DNA from: Paraspadella gotoi
Taxonomy: Eukaryota > Animalia > Chaetognatha
DNA length: 64,000 bases
Assembly (NCBI GenBank): GCA_051294375.1
Contig: CM119264.1
Span: 2,497,631 to 2,561,630, forward strand
Direction: 5' to 3'
The notes below the pieces were generated by a model, which saw only the letters and a list, made by a program, of their open reading frames with translations, was not told the DNA's origin and ran no database searches. Both the position numbers and the translations under genes were made by a program. Position 1 is the stretch's first letter. Each line of letters opens with the position of its first letter. Positions 38,960 through 54,413 of the stretch are shown here, piece by piece.

Positions 38960-41042
38960 CCACATACAAGTCTGAGCGCCACTGAAGATCTCTCAAGAAA
39001 TCCTGATGGAGCGAAAATGCGAAAGGTAAAAAAAAAAAAAAACGCGTAAAAAGAGTAGCAAAGGCACTTGGCATGAGTGTCAACGTTGAGGGCGCTTTGC
39101 CGGCGGGAAGCGACTCGTCGCCTTTATCTGCGTCGATCGCCCATGGCGGCCTTTATCCTTTCTTCTTCCTTTCGTCTCTCCCTCCTTTCGGGATTCTCCA
39201 CGTTTTGATCGATGTCGCGTCGTCGGTCTTCGTCGTCGACGGCACGTCCGGCGTAGGTTCGTCCGTCTTTTTCTCCGCCTGCGGCGACGGCAGTGTCGGC
39301 GCCGTCTTCGTCTTCGTCTCCGCCGCGCCGCGGCAGCAGCAGAAGATGATCAGGATGACGACCGGGTAAGGCGACGACGACGACGTAGACGAAACCAAAG
39401 ATGGGATTCCGACGGCGATTGCGGGTAGAATATCGAAGATGATTCTCCTGCGGCGGCTGACGCCGCCCCCTCCTGTTTCAGCTTTCAACCTTCCACGTCT
39501 CGTCCGTCCAACTGTGGAAGAACATGAAGACTCGAGGTTGGAATACAGCTTATCACATCATCATCCCACAACTTCCAGTACTCTGGACTATCACTATCAC
39601 CATCACCCCTCCTATCAACAACGGCGACGTTGCTCGGCCAAAGATGAAATGTCGAAGGCGATATTCTCGCTTCATCGTCCAGAGTTCGAGTCCGATGGCG
39701 GCGAGGGTGTGATCCTCGAACGCCGATTCGCTTCTCGAAGTAGTCGCGGAGTTCTTTATCTTCGCGGCTTCCAGATTCCGCTGTAGCCGGATTGTTGATG
39801 AGTGGCGGTCGCCGATTTGCCCTAAGGCCGGATATCGATCATCGGGGCCGACAGGGGCCGCATCTGGCAGCGCTGACAGGCGGGTCCCACAGGGAGGCCT
39901 CCCAGTCCCGTTCCATTCGTCGTCCAATCGGCCGGTCTTTCCGCCGTGCTGCTCGGAATCAATGGGCCTCTTTCGTCCTCCAGCCAACCTTAAATAAATT
40001 CGCTATTAATGAAGACAAAAACAAAAAAAAAAGAACTAAACATTCTTAAGTGACGTCTCACCCTCGGGTTTGACGGCCGTTCCTCGTCGAGGATATCTGG
40101 GTGCGTCCTCGTCCCAATCATCGCTTGACTTGCATCGGGATCATCAATCTTCCTCTCGCTCGTCCCAGTCCGCGGGTTTCTGTTTTGGATCGTGATCAAT
40201 CTCCTCCGGGACGATGGCGGCCTCATGTCTTGAGCAGATGACCCCTGACGGAGGGTCAGCGTTGTCACTTCATTGGACGGTTATAAAATAATTTCAGGAG
40301 GACAAACTTACTTTGACAAGACGCTCCCGTCCACTGACATCTGGTAGGACGAGTCTCCATTGAGCACGAGCCTGGAGGACGTGCGTCTTTCCCACGTCTC
40401 GAAATATTTGGTGTGAAGGCAGTCGACCTTCTTGGCTGCTTCTCTCCACGGCGCCAGAGACTCGGATGGACGTGACGAAGGATGAAGTGGAACTTTTCCT
40501 CTGAAGCCGCAACGGTCGGACCGAACATGCATAGCTGAGGGGTTTTGTCGTGGAACTGTGTAGTCAGCGCCCTCCTCCACCCGAGGAGCAGCTTACGTTA
40601 GGCGCCGCGCAAGGTGTGCTCCCGTACTGGAACTTGACCCTCGTACTAAAGACGACGGCTTGCCTTCGCGGGTCGAAAGGCGCGTCCAGTTTGGCGGCAA
40701 TGTCGTGGTGCTTTGCCTTGTCGCGCATGACGAGGGCAAAGCGTCCGTCGAGGCGACCCCACCGACGTCGCCTCCACGCGCCAGCGTCCTTTCTAATTTG
40801 GCAGATGTCGTCGTCCACTCCGTCTTTGGACGCCGTCGAAGGCACGAACCGCTTGAGGGCTCTGAAGACGAAAACGGCTCCGCAAAGATAATGCCAGGCC
40901 CCGTCCATTTTGGGCTCCACGTAGAGAGGTACTTCCGCACGGTGCGTTTCGTCACCGTAAGCGGAAGCGAGAGCCAGCCAACGAGAAAATCATCAATAAG
41001 TTTGTGGAAATTATCCTTTGAGTAAATCTGCCATGTCGTCAT
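38960..41042 (-). pseudogene. Frameshifted calnexin copy (probably sequencing artefact, not a real pseudogene)
   Basis: Fragments [47 protein letters not shown] scattered over frames; introns retained. Confidence 0.7.
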
Positions 41043-44000
41043 TTTCTATCACAGTTATTACGCTAATTTGAAGATGGCGATAATTATAAATGAGAATGGT
41101 TCTATATATTACTTTTTCTTGAAAAAAACTAATTACGGGAGCATAATCATTAATTAATTAATCTATAAAAAACAATTCCCGTTAAATTTGTTGCGAAAGA
41201 GAAAATATGTAATACAACTTTCTTTTTACAAGCGCGAAAAAATTATTTTTCAATTACGCGCGACGTCTAGAACCTCCATTAATTACAACACTCAAACTTT
41301 AATTCACGATGGAACGGACTCCACGATGCGAGGGACGATGCGCTTCTACCTTTTCACTGGGAGCCGCCTTCCCTCGTGTTCACGGTAATTTCCTCCGATC
41401 CAGGGACACGTTCATTACAAGAAAATTCATAATGATTAAAAGAAAAAAAATACCGACGACCACGGTCACCGCGACGCGAAAAACGAGGTCGAAATCCGGA
41501 ATCCGCTAGGTCCGTCTTTCCGTTGGGCCGATCGATACTTTACCCTCCTCGCCTTTTCCTTTTTTTTTTCTTTTTTTTTCGTAATTTCATATATTTTTTT
41601 CTTTGGCTCGAAAAACTGTTTTTGTGTCTCCACATGGCGACAGACTCCGTATCAAGGCGGAGGCGGGAAATGACGGTAGGGCGAGGAGGAGGAGGAGGAA
41701 GAGGAAGAAGAGAGAAAAGAAAGGCGAAGGAGAGAAGAAAAGAAAGAGATATTTGTAATAAGAAGGGGCAAGAGGAAGAAGAAGGAAGATGAGTTAAGTC
41801 TGAAATAACGACAAGAAAGCTGGAAGGAAAGATAGAAGAAAAAGGAGGAGGAGGAGCAGGGAAGTGAAGTAGCAACGGTCACTCTTCTTTTTCGGTCTTC
41901 TTCTCCTTCTCTCCTTCCCATCCCTATTGAATGAGCGTGCTTATTTATTATTAACATATACTTCTAAAATTTAAGGCTATGAGGAAAGAAAATAACTATT
42001 TAGTAGCTGTTTATCTTGTTATTATGATTTTTTTAAATTTACGTATATTTAGGCCTCACTCTGCTTCTAATGTTTTTTTCTTTATTTTTTGATTTAAACC
42101 CACTTATATCATTCGGATGACTATAGTATATTGTAAATATATAATATGAGGTCCAGAAATAATTAGATCAGCTTATGATGAAAATGGAATACACTAGTTA
42201 AATTCTGTTATAAACCCAGTTCATAGATTCCTGTTTCTACTTGGCCCACTTGACTTTTCCTTTCAATTCCTAGATGAGAGCAAGCACATGCACTATTAAG
42301 TTTGCATGTTAATGAGACTTTACCTTCACCTTTCTCTCTTTAATTTCTTTTCTTTTCAAAGTCTTATCTATCTCTCTCTTTTCGCTATGATGAAAATTGG
42401 AAAAACCTGGGTTCCTCTGAAAGGTTGCAAAACGTCACGACTACGCCAGGCGCACTTTCTCTCTCTCTCTCTCCTTCTCTCTCTCTCTCTCTCTCTGCTG
42501 TTCTTCTCCCCCCAAGGCATATTAGAAAAAAGGCTCTGAAAGGACATTCTCGCAATGGCAACGCTTCCATTTGATTCCAGCACTGGACAGTAACGGTGAC
42601 GAATGAGGTTTTGACCTTCCGTGTGTGCGCCGTTGTCTCGCCAGATTCGAAATTCCGTTTTTCCAAATTGAATGTGGTGGTCGCGTATATGGAGAAAAAT
42701 GAAGGATGGGAAAAGGATTAATTCTTTTGTCCTAATGGGATTTGGCAATGGATCACTTATTTAACCTTGCTGTGCCAGTGTGCACTGTTGAACTTTGTTC
42801 TGGCTGTTTTTAACATGATAAAAATTCTGTATACTACAATATTCTAAGTACATAGAGGACTACATCAACGCCAACGCATCTCTCATGCTTATGATTTCTT
42901 TTCAGTCTGCTTCTTACTTCTTAGAACCTGTACGTTTTTTCGAATTCCGTTAACGGATGTGGGTCAGACGACAAGTCGAAGGACGAGAAGTTCGTGTCTT
43001 GGAAATATTAGAATTTTGGAAATTACGCCAGAAAGTTTAAAACCACCACTGCTGAACTGTTATAAAGTTACTGAATATTAATTATTCAAATCAGTAAGAA
43101 TTATAGTTTTACGTTGAATATGCAAAGTGATAAAATTTTCGTAAATAACCAACGACAACTCAAAAAGAATAAATCAATCACGAAATCAATTTTAGGTTAC
43201 AAAATATATTGGAGTTGGCAAAACTTATTCATTATGTGACTAATTATTGAAAGAAATAAAAAAGACATCGAAAACATTGTAAGAAAATGTACATTTAAAT
43301 TCGCGTATTTCCGACTCCCCGACGAGCCGAACTGGGTTCGACTGTGAAAAAAAAATACAAAAACGGCTCACCTAAAATTTTCAAAAGTTATTTGTTCGAT
43401 TGTCGATTGTTGGAAAACGAGTTATTTGGTTTCTGATGGCGATAGTAATAAATCACCCGCGAATATGATACTTATATATTTATTAAATTATACTGATTAA
43501 TAAGTTCATATCAGATGAAAAGAGTTACGAAACTTATTTACTTTTTCACGCTTATCGTATAAAAATAATCAAAAATGACGTTAAAAATTGCCCAAATTGA
43601 TCTATTAGATTTCATGTCGTAATAAATTGAGGAAAACCTAAAAAAACCCGCAAAACCGTAGGTGATCACTCATGACTCAAAAAATGTGTCAGCGAGTCAT
43701 CAATATCATCTGATCATACTTATTCCTTTTTTTCCCCTTTTTCACTACATTTAATTTTTCCCTTTTTTAAATCTTTGGTTTATCGTTTAATTCTCAATGC
43801 TTGGTCGCCAAGCTTGGTTTTTGAACACATTTGGGTGCCAATCAGAGTTTTAAACAAATTGTAGTTTCAACGTTATCGATTCTCCGACTTAATTTTTTTG
43901 TACCACGGTAAATCCGAATAGAAAAAAAAAAAAGGGAAAAAAACGCTCCCCCGTAGATCTTCAAGTTTGATAAAATGATCTGTCGACGAACTGATCAAAA

Positions 44001-44432
44001 TGTTTGCAATTACTTTTCGAATCTTATTATAAAAAAAGAAAGGATGAAGACTTTAAAGGCACACACGCCGCTCTATCTTCTCTTTCATCACAATCTTAGT
44101 CCTGAGGGAAAGACTTTTTATTTTCTTTTATCGCCAACAAAAGAAATTAAAAAAAAAAAAGGATTTCGTAAAGAATAAAAAAAGGAGAAAAGAAAAGCGA
44201 AATTTGAATCGCGATTCGAATTTTTGATTTTCGCCTTTGGTGATTGGTGATTAACACACGAGTGATTAACTTGGGTGATCGTCGCGACACTCGGAATGGG
44301 GAAGGCGTTGGAGAGAACTTTACTTCACTTGATCTCTTTCTTCTACTTAAAGACTATCAACCGAATTTATTTGTAATAATTATTTTTTCGATTAAGGATA
44401 ATTAATTAAAAAAAAAAATATAACCTCTCAAG

Positions 44433-46954
44433 ATGCCTCGCTGACAGTCGAATTCGCCTTCGGCACCTGATTTTCTTCGCCGTCGCTTTTTATTCTTTCG
44501 TCGCTTCAACAAAAGGCGAATTCGCTGTCAGGAAACGACGGACGACGCGACGACGACAACGACGACGTCGAACGAACGAGCGACGACGACGACGACAACG
44601 TCCGCCCTTAGGGTCACAGACTCGTCTGAAAGACAATTTCCAATTTGGGTAAGAGTTCTTTCCGCTAGGAAAAGAGCGCGCGGTCTTGAAGACGTGTGGT
44701 CTAAAAGGCGAGGGCAGTCTTAAATGCGTTTGGTCTTGAAAGGCCGTGTGGTCTTAAAGGCATATAGTCCTCAAGACGTGTCAATGGATCGGTCTTAAAG
44801 TAGTCTTAAAACTAAGAGATACTTAAAGGCGCCCGTGATCTTAAGATGTGATGTCGTAAAGATACGTGTCCAAATGGTGTGTCGTGTCTTAAAGCAGCAC
44901 AATCCTAATTACTTAACGGATGCAACCGCCCAGTCCTAAGTCCGCTGCTGAATGTAAAGGGCGCGCAGTCTAAAAGACGCGCGGTCTTAAAGGGCTCAAA
45001 CTCGATGACAAATGGTCTTTTTCTTCTCGCGTTTAGAAATTTGAAAATGGGGCTGACGTAGCCGAAGATTAGTTTCGACTACAACGGACATTCGCCTACG
45101 ACGAGCGATCGTCGCAGGCCTTTGCCATTCTCCATTAAAAAATGTTTAATCTCTACGATTAAAGTTTTACAAAATTAAAAACTTGTTTCTCGAAAAAAAT
45201 CAAGTTTTGCGGAAACAACGGATGAAAGACGGGCAAAATTATAGATTGCACTCCGGTGATTATCATTTTTTAAAATATATCGAAATTTATAAATACGTTG
45301 GTGATTGATTATGCTTCGCATTTCCTACGGAACAAAATTTTTTTTGAAGAATACATTAAGATCTAATCATTTATTCCGTTCTTCCTTCCCTTAATTGCGC
45401 GAAAAATTCAATTAACAAACCTGGAACACGAAAAGACAACGCAGCACTTCCGCTGAAAAATACAAGCTTCCGCGGTGACAGCGCTCGAGCGGGAAAAAAG
45501 AAAGTTCGTGACAGGAAACGACGGGAAGAACAAAAGGCTGCTTTCGAAAATCATTAAAAAAAATGGAGTGAAAAAAAAACACATTAAGAAAATAATTGAA
45601 AAACGAGATTAAAATTATTTCTGTCCGGTGCATTGATATAACCTCTAAAGCAAGGCGATTAATTTCAACACCCATGTATGGGGAAAAAGAAGTCCCATTA
45701 AGTTTTTGATACCCGAGACCTAACTCGACTCTCGAGTCATTGAGGAAGATTGGTTTTTAGCCGGGCCAGAGTGTGGGGGGGGGGAGAGAGGGGGGTTACA
45801 GCGGCCAAAATTATTGCTGGTTGGAGAGATTTGTTATAGTGAGAGTTAGATCGGATGTATGTTGGATGTGGGACTTCTAAGAGAAGTAAAGGTTATCCTC
45901 TCTCAGAAGCGAGGTTGGGGTATCTGGTTGGAGAGGAGAGAGAACTCAAAAATATGACCTCGCCCTCTCCCTTTAGAATACCGGCGATTATGTTTATGGA
46001 TGCCATATTAGAGGATTAAACCGAAGATGCGAGGAGAAGGGAGAGAGAGAAAAGAAGAAACCTTGGAGAAGTGATGCGATATAGCAGGAGAGAGACGTCA
46101 CGCGTACACGAAAGAGAGAGAGAGCAGAGAGAGAAAGGAAGAGAGATGAGAGAGCAGAGAATGAGAGATGAGAGTGGGAACAAGGCGGCCAAAATACCCA
46201 TTTGGTTTTAGAGACAGACGGACACCGGCGCGACAGAGAGGAAAGATAAGAAAGACTGCACATAGCGAAGACGTTAGCTTTGGTTTTCAAAAATAGTTTG
46301 AACAACGTAAATTTTTTTTTAACATTAAAATCAAAGACGAAAAATTTTTTTTTTTAGAAAAAAATATCGGAATTCAGTCAATAACATCATCGACGAACGA
46401 CATCTCCCTGTCGACGTTGCTGCTGCTGCTACTGGCTGCTGCGGCAACAACTCGGCGACTACAAATTGGTAAACAAAAACAAATTATAACGTTAATATCG
46501 ATTTTTTCTAAACATACCAGTTAGTTTTTTTTCCATTATTTTTTCTCCTTTGTTTTAACTTCTATATTTTTCCTTTCTTTATCTCTGCTTCTATTTTTAT
46601 TCTGTTTTCCTCCATCCATTCCATTCTGTTTTTCGGTTTTCAAATAGAGCGACTTTTTCACGCTCATTTTTTTTCTGCTCCGGAATGAGTTTTCAATCAT
46701 ATGCTATTTTTTTCTCCTAACACTCGACGTATTTTGTCTTCCACCCCATCCCCGTCCATTCCCGGGTCCATTCTCGGTCCGATCCCGGTTCGATCTTCCT
46801 GTCCCGAATCCGGCGCTATAACGTCCAGTCCCAACTTTGATCTATGTTTTCGATTCTGACTTCCGTCTTCAAGCGGGCACTAACGTTTTAGTAAGGGATA
46901 TGGAATCAATGTGGCTAAATATAATTTGCAATAATTCATTTTCCCCTCTCTCTC

Positions 46955-46990
<36 letters not shown>

Positions 46991-47004
46991 CTCTCTCTCT
47001 TCTC

Positions 47005-47043
<39 letters not shown>

Positions 47044-50000
47044 CCACCCTCATCCGCCACGTCACCCTCCTGGGTGCGACTTCTCTCTGCGGAGACGAAA
47101 AAAGTTTCCTTCTTGAGGGACCAAACGACGACAACGACGACGACGCGACGACGACGACAACCGACGACGACGACGACGACGACACCGGACGACGACGACG
47201 ACGACGACGAGACTACGACGGCGACGGACGGAGGGACGACCGACTTCAACTCCCCCGCCAGGATTGTTTGACTCTTTCCCACCCGTTTGTCGCCTCCGAT
47301 GCCGAGAATGAGATCATTCGAAAAAAAGGCGGGGGAAATCCGATCCCGAAGAAGGACAAGAAAATGTGAAAGAATAGAGAAGGATATATTTAAAAATTAT
47401 GTATATTAATTTGAGTTTATAAAATAATTCAAAATTAATTAAAACCCTCTTTTGACAGTTTCATTTTCATGAGGTCACATATTCCATTTTCGGGCTTTAA
47501 ATATTATCTAACGCCTATCTATCACTTGGCTTAAATTTTGGCCAAAAAGTTTAAACTTATTTTCCAATCACGTTCAATTCTGTAAATATACTTTCGATTA
47601 ATTAAATAATTAATAATTAATTGATAATTAATAATTAATTAATTAATAATTAATAATAATTAATATTAATAATTATTAATTTATTAATTAATAGTTTTTA
47701 CCTTTAATTCCTCCTGTAAGGCAGAATCGAAAAATTCTCCGTCGCTATGCAAGTAACCGTTTTCGTTTGGGAGCAGACGGCGTTTGAAGTCGGTTGCGCC
47801 GCTAACACAAAAAGGACATCGACGATGAAAACGACCGACGACGACCGAATCTCAAGAGGAAATTAGGACAAAAAAGATGAAAATTCAAATCGGGATTATC
47901 TGACGCCTCTGACGGTGAGAAATCTGAGAGTAAAATCAGCTTTTTATTGTTTAAAAGCTACATTTAACATTAAATTATACAGCTTAGCTAACAGCCAGCG
48001 ATGTTCTCATATCTTATCAGTTTGATGAAATTGGTAATACCAAATTATGACACTGAAGATCGCGGCTGCTTCTTCATTTTGTTATTATGTCACACCGGAA
48101 ACAAAGACTAAATTTTTGAATTAAAGCTTTTTTATACAATCTTGCTACATTCACATTATTTTAATTTTCGTTTAAATCATAGTTTATTAACTTCATATCC
48201 AACATTCATTTTTGACACCCGACTTGAAACGAAAGATTACGAGTATGGCAACGTATTATACAATAGACTTTATTTAATTCTTCAGTTGACTTCACTTGAC
48301 TCCTCTTCCCTCTTCAATTCCTTCCTCGATCCTTCAGCTACACCAAACGAGAGACGGACGAGGAAGCTCGAAGAGCTCACGCCTTTTCCTTCAAGATTCT
48401 CTCGCGCAGGAAGTTAGAAAAATCCAAGAGATTCGATTCCAGCGGGAAAATGGCGGAGCGAAGACCTGACGGACGGTGAGAGAGAATGGAGAGAGAGAGG
48501 AGGATGAGAGATGAGACGAGAGAATGAGAGGAGAGAGAGATGGAGAGAGAGAGAGAGAGATGACGAGATGAAAGAGGGAGAAGAGATAGACGAGAGAGAG
48601 AGAACAGAGAGAAAAGAGAGAGAATGAAGAAGATAGATAGAGAGAGAGAAGAGAGACGAAGAGAAGAGAGATGAGAGAGAGAGAGAGAAAGATAAGAGAG
48701 AAAGATGAGCAGTGAGAAAGAGAGGAAAGAGAGAATAGAAGGTAAAATTCATTGACGATAAAGGTGAAGCTATAGAAGAAAATTAAACATACATTTAAGA
48801 TTATTCTGTTTATCTTACTTTTTTTATTATTAGTAATAATCTTTTGTCGTCTGTGTCTGTAATTTTCAGTTGGAGAATTTCTCAGAAAAGTTCCATAATG
48901 AGTCGCGCCGAAGTCTTCCCAAGATTCTCATGGACGAGGGTCTCTTGCGTGATTCGTCCAACGCGAAAGGCTCTTACTTCATTTTCTTCCGGTTCTTTAT
49001 TTGTTAAGATTAGAAATTGTTAAAAATTAAAATTGTTTTATCCCAAACGAAGAAGAATTACCTCAACGATCTTCTCGACCAAACCAAGATCAGCATCGCG
49101 TGGTCCGAAGAAACTAGCGCCCCTCTGCAGTCGTCACTCCGTTTTAATTTTAAAACTATTTTAATACATTAGATAGTTAAAGATTTTACTAAAACTTTTG
49201 AACTAAAGTTGAATCGTTGCTCATTTCTCATTTTTTCTCTCATCGGTCAAGAAAAAAAATTATTTTCACAATATTTTCGCTTTAAAATTTTCCCTGAAAA
49301 TCCTAAAAAGATTTTTATTTAAATTTACGTTAAAAACATCCCCAACTTCAAATGAATCGAGCTTCACTTTTTGCTTTGATTTCTTTGCACAATAAATCAC
49401 CGCTTTTTTTTCACGTGACTCCAAAGTAAATAAACATTAGTTTATATTATTTGTTTGTAAACTTTCAGTTCGTTGGATATGACCCCGTGATAAATCGTTA
49501 ATTATCAAAATTCACCGAAGAAAACAGAGAAAAAGTTTTTTCAAAGACAAAAAAGGTTTGGAATGAATTACGAAGTGAGATTTTTTTATTCGGTATAATT
49601 TGAACACTAGAATACAAATAAGGAAGAACTAAAAGGCGTTTATTATTATTATCAGTTAACATAAATTAAATTTAATAATCTTCCCTTGGAGAGGAATTTA
49701 TTTAAAATTTTAAAAAATTTACGCCCTCTTGCGAGTACGGAGTAGGTTAAAATCACAAACTATACCACTATCTCCTTGTTTTTTTGTTTTTTTTTTTAAA
49801 TTGATGAAATCTAATTCCCTCCTTCTCAGAGGGCGCCATTCCTCCAGATCCTCCTCCGCCGCGAGTTTCCTCCGACGTGTGCGTCGCCTCGACGCTGCGA
49901 GGACGATCGACTCGAAGACGAGAAGGCTGTCGAAGAGAAGTTGAAGACTCGAGGATTACTATTTCTACGCCAAGGAATTGTCGGAGACGGTATTTTATCA

Positions 50001-51840
50001 TCTATCTGTCTGCTCTGTCTGTCCTATATATCTATCTTATCTCTCTATCTATCTATCTATCTATCTATCTATCCTATCTATTTCTATCTAATCTATCTAT
50101 CTATATATCTGTCTATCTATTTCTTATCGGTCTATCTATCTATCTATCTATCTATCATATCTATCTAATCTATCTATCTATCTATCTATCTATCTAGTCT
50201 ATCTATCTATCTATCTATTCTATCTATTTAATAGATTTGGGCCTTCCTTTCTTTCTTTCTTTCTTTCTTTCTTTTTTCTGTTCTTTCTTATATGTATCTC
50301 TCTCTCTCTCTTCCTGCTACGTTCCTACTCTCTCTCTCTCTCTCTTCTGTCTCTCTCTCTCTCTCCTCTCTTCTCTTCTCTCTCTCTCTCCATTCTCTCT
50401 TTTCTTCAGAGATCCGATCAACTGCGAGTCGAGAACGAAGGTTTGCGACAGACGACGAAAAGAAATTCCTCGCTTTCAGAAAATTCTCGTACGGATGTCC
50501 CGAGCAAAGGTTCGACTCGGTTCTTTGTGTCGGTTTTTATTAAAAATTACAATTAATTAAATTAATTAATTTATTTCTAACATGCCTGTCCAAAGCCTGT
50601 CCAAAGTCACGGGCTAGCTTATGATTAAATGAATAGATAAATTTATATTTGGTTGCTACCAAATGTTCATGAGATTACACAATTTAAATCATGAGCAACT
50701 TATTAAGCGAAAGAAAGACAGTATTGTAAAAAAAATGATTACAGCTTTTCCTCGTTGCCTATAGAAAAACGACGCGATGTTGCGACGAAATCGGAACGAC
50801 GGATTTTTGGGATGAGAAAAAATTCGAGGAAGAAGGGAAACGTCGTCGAACGACGTCGTCGACTGACGAGCGAACATCCGAGGGAAAATGGAGAGTTGCA
50901 GGACTAAGGGTGACATTACGAGGAGTAACAAAGACATTTATTCAGTGTACAGATTTTTACATTCGCACTTTTTTTTTCTCTCGAGTCCAATTTCAGAATC
51001 TAATGTACCATGATGGAGAGCGTAAATAACACATGTTGAAAAAGTTGAAGGTTAGAAAGTTGACATTTTTGCGCAGTGAATACTCGATGGTAATTTTACT
51101 CATACGAGCCTTAATAAAATTTCTTTTATTATTTTTTGTTTTGACTTAAAAGGTCGACAAACATTTTTACGTCAACGAGGGACAAACCGAAATTCAGTGT
51201 GCGAAAATTCATAACGTCTGTGGAAAATGAAACTAAGGGCTCACACGAAAATTTCTCCATTATAAGTCTATAACTATATTAACTATAGAGCATTATATAA
51301 ATACTGCTATTCATAATCTAAAAATTATAGTCCTTATTTTAAGGAGTTCCCCCAACGGAGCGAGGGAACGCCCAGATTTCTTCTCGCAACGTAAGTCCAA
51401 AAATGACAATGACAAACAAGCGTCTACAAGAGCAAAAAGTTGCCAAACGTTGATTTAATTTAAATATAACTTGTTTGAACGGCACACGTCTGATAATTCT
51501 AAATAATTTTAAATAATTCTAAATAATTCCTAATAAATTTTCCGTTTTTTTTAATTTCATTCCCCATTTTTCTTCTTTTCTGATAACGCCCCTTGTTCTT
51601 TGTCAGACTGTTCGAACCTGCCATGGGTCCACCTACCGAGTCTACGAAATTCAACCCCGACTTCCATGGAACAACAGTCAGCATCGCCAAAGCCGTCCCA
51701 ACCTTGAGTTTTCGTCTTTTGCCGAAAATTATTGGGTATTTTTTTTTTTTTTTTACTGTGCTTCTCTTCTTGAGATGTCCTCAAGTCTCTCTCCTCTTCT
51801 TTTCTCTTCTCTCTCTTCTCTCTCTCTCTCATCTCTCTTC

Positions 51841-51871
<31 letters not shown>

Positions 51872-53865
51872 CTCCTCTCTCTTGCTCTCTTTCAATCTCT
51901 CCAAAGGTCGAATGTGGACTGTGATCCAGCGACGGTTGCGCCAAACGAACCCGGACCCCTCCCGCCGCGGCCTTCGCATCAGACGTGGGACGCTACCAAA
52001 AGAGGCTTTCGGGAATTTAGAGGGATGTGATGAGTGGAACATGGACTTGGACATTGGACTTTACAATGACAATGACTGGTGGCCAGTGACTATCGAACTT
52101 TTCAGACATTTGATGACATATGTAGTTGACGCAATTTGTAATAAACGACAAAGGATAAAACAAATAACCAAGAAAATTTCCAAATAAAAGCCACAAGCGG
52201 ACTAATCCAAAAAATCCATAATGCTTAGATTTTTTTCAGGAATTTTGGATCGGGAACGAGGTTCTCACGCTGTTGGACGGGACACTCCGATCGCGGGCGT
52301 CTTTCGGTCGTCGTCGTCGCTCGTCCTCTCGTCCTCCATGTGGACATGACGTCTTGGAACGGATCCCGCTTTCTTTCGCGGAATATGACGATTTTTGGTC
52401 GGATGAGAAGAGAGACTTCTATCAAGGTCAGGGGATTGGTAGACGTCGTTCGTCATCTGTTGTCGTCGTCTGCATCCATATCAACATCTTTTGTTGTTCA
52501 TCGTCGTCGTCATCGTCGTCATCTTGTATTGTCGTCTTTGTCGTCTTTGTTGTCATCTTCATCATCACAATTGTCTTCTTCGTACTTTTCCCTCCGTTCA
52601 CTGATCACGCGTCGAATTATCGCGGCAACGCTGGCGATGCCCATTGCGCGATAGACCGCGACGACGGATTCGCCGCTACGCGAAGACCGCAACGACGATC
52701 GCGCTATCGGCGAAGACCGCAACGACGATCGCCGCTACGGCAAAACCGCGACGAAGAATTGATTCGGCCGGCGAATTCGAGGGGAAAGAATTCGTCCCCT
52801 AATTCGTTTTCGTCCGCCAAAGATTACCCAGTCTTTTCCGGGTGGGTCGGAGAGGCTGTGGTTGTGGGCAGTGAGCAAGTGGGCAGTAGAGCTAGGTAGG
52901 AAAGCGACTGCCGGCTTGTGTCGCCACATGATCTAAGCACGTGAGAACGGTTGGCAATGGGCAGTGCGAGGGGGTAAATGGGCTGCTAGTTTGTGGTCGG
53001 TCTAATATCTAAGCATGCGGAGGTGTTGAAGTGCGACAACAGTCCACGGCACAGGACCGTGCGTCCAATTTCGGGTAAATTGTGTTCGAAATTTACTAAT
53101 TTGAATTGATGTATTAGTTTGAGTTTATTGAAATTAGGAGGAGCGACGGAAGAAGGATCATCCGTTCGTTCACTGAAAAAGTTCGCATGCAAGGCGCCTT
53201 TGGGTGGTTCCCTCTTGTCCTGGTGAATCATTAAGTTTTTATAATAATTTAATTTATTAAAATTTATAAATAGTGAAGGAGGTCTTGTAAAAAACCGAAT
53301 AAACTTTTCAATATATTAGTATATTATTGTTTTTTTCAGTTTTGCAACAACCTTTTTGCGACGTGATTTTACAATTTTAATTCAACGTTAATCTACGATA
53401 TTTTGTCTGTCTATGACTAAAAAAAAAAGGCAAATGTGCCTAGTGTAAAGTTGAACCATAATGATAATATTCATCTCATGATTTTCATTGATATACTTAA
53501 TACTTTTCCAATTTGCCAATGTTCTGCAATGATGCTAATTGTTTTATTGAATTTTATTTTAGTGCCATTGTGCAATTATTCTTGCTCAATACTCATTATT
53601 GTTAATGTCCATATTGATTCAAATCGTTTAATCTTCTTATTGTTCTTTAATTGTCAAAATTTTCTTCTTCTATTTCAGAAAAAAAATAATTTTTTTTTGA
53701 TTTCCCTTTTTTTTTCCTTTCAGCGAACTCATCTGACACTCTAACATTCATTTGGCTCCGTAATTGCTCGACTCTGTCAGAGCACATTATCAGTCCTTCA
53801 ACAGATGAAGTTTGAGTCCCATAAGAGAATCTTCCCAGAATGGCGCGAGATGGAACGACATCTGA
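44433..53865 (+). pseudogene. Frameshifted copy of the FReD gene (probably artefact)
   Basis: Colinear with 25656-34556 (WTVIQRR, FAEYDDFW, NYRGNAGD) with dense indels. Confidence 0.7.
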
Positions 53866-54413
53866 CGCTGACATGACATCACATAACGATAGCACGATGA
53901 TATAAGATTCACAAAATAAGACAATTTTTTTGTCGTTTAATTTAGGAAACTGTTGTGTGTACGAATGTCGCACGACGAAAAGTAAATCATATTTAAAAAA
54001 AAATATCTAAATTATTTTCGTTGACACGGTCCCAAATTTGATGTTGACTTTGCGAACGGCAAACTTTATCTCTCGTTTTTCTAAAAATCTTGTCGCTTCT
54101 GATCGTTTTAGTCTGTGTGCTGTGTGAGAAAAACCAAACTGTTATTCTGTCCCTTACGTCTTTACCCAAAACGTTAATACGAAAATTTTAAAAAAAGTAC
54201 TTAAACAGAATCCAATAAATGTAGCAATCTTGGCCTTACAGATTATGAATTTTTAATGTATTATCTCGAAATGTAAAAATTGATTTTATGTGATTTGATT
54301 CGTTTTACAAAATCGATTGTTAATTCATTGCAGTTGTTTTTTTTTTTTTTAACATTCCACAAAACCGAAGTCAAATTAAAAAAGAAAAGGAAAAAAAGTT
54401 TTTTCCCTTTTTC

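Noticed and set aside
38960-53865. Genuine calnexin and FReD paralogs or pseudogenes
   Set aside because: Uniform indel-dominated divergence and the gap junction point to read error; kept only as probable artefacts.
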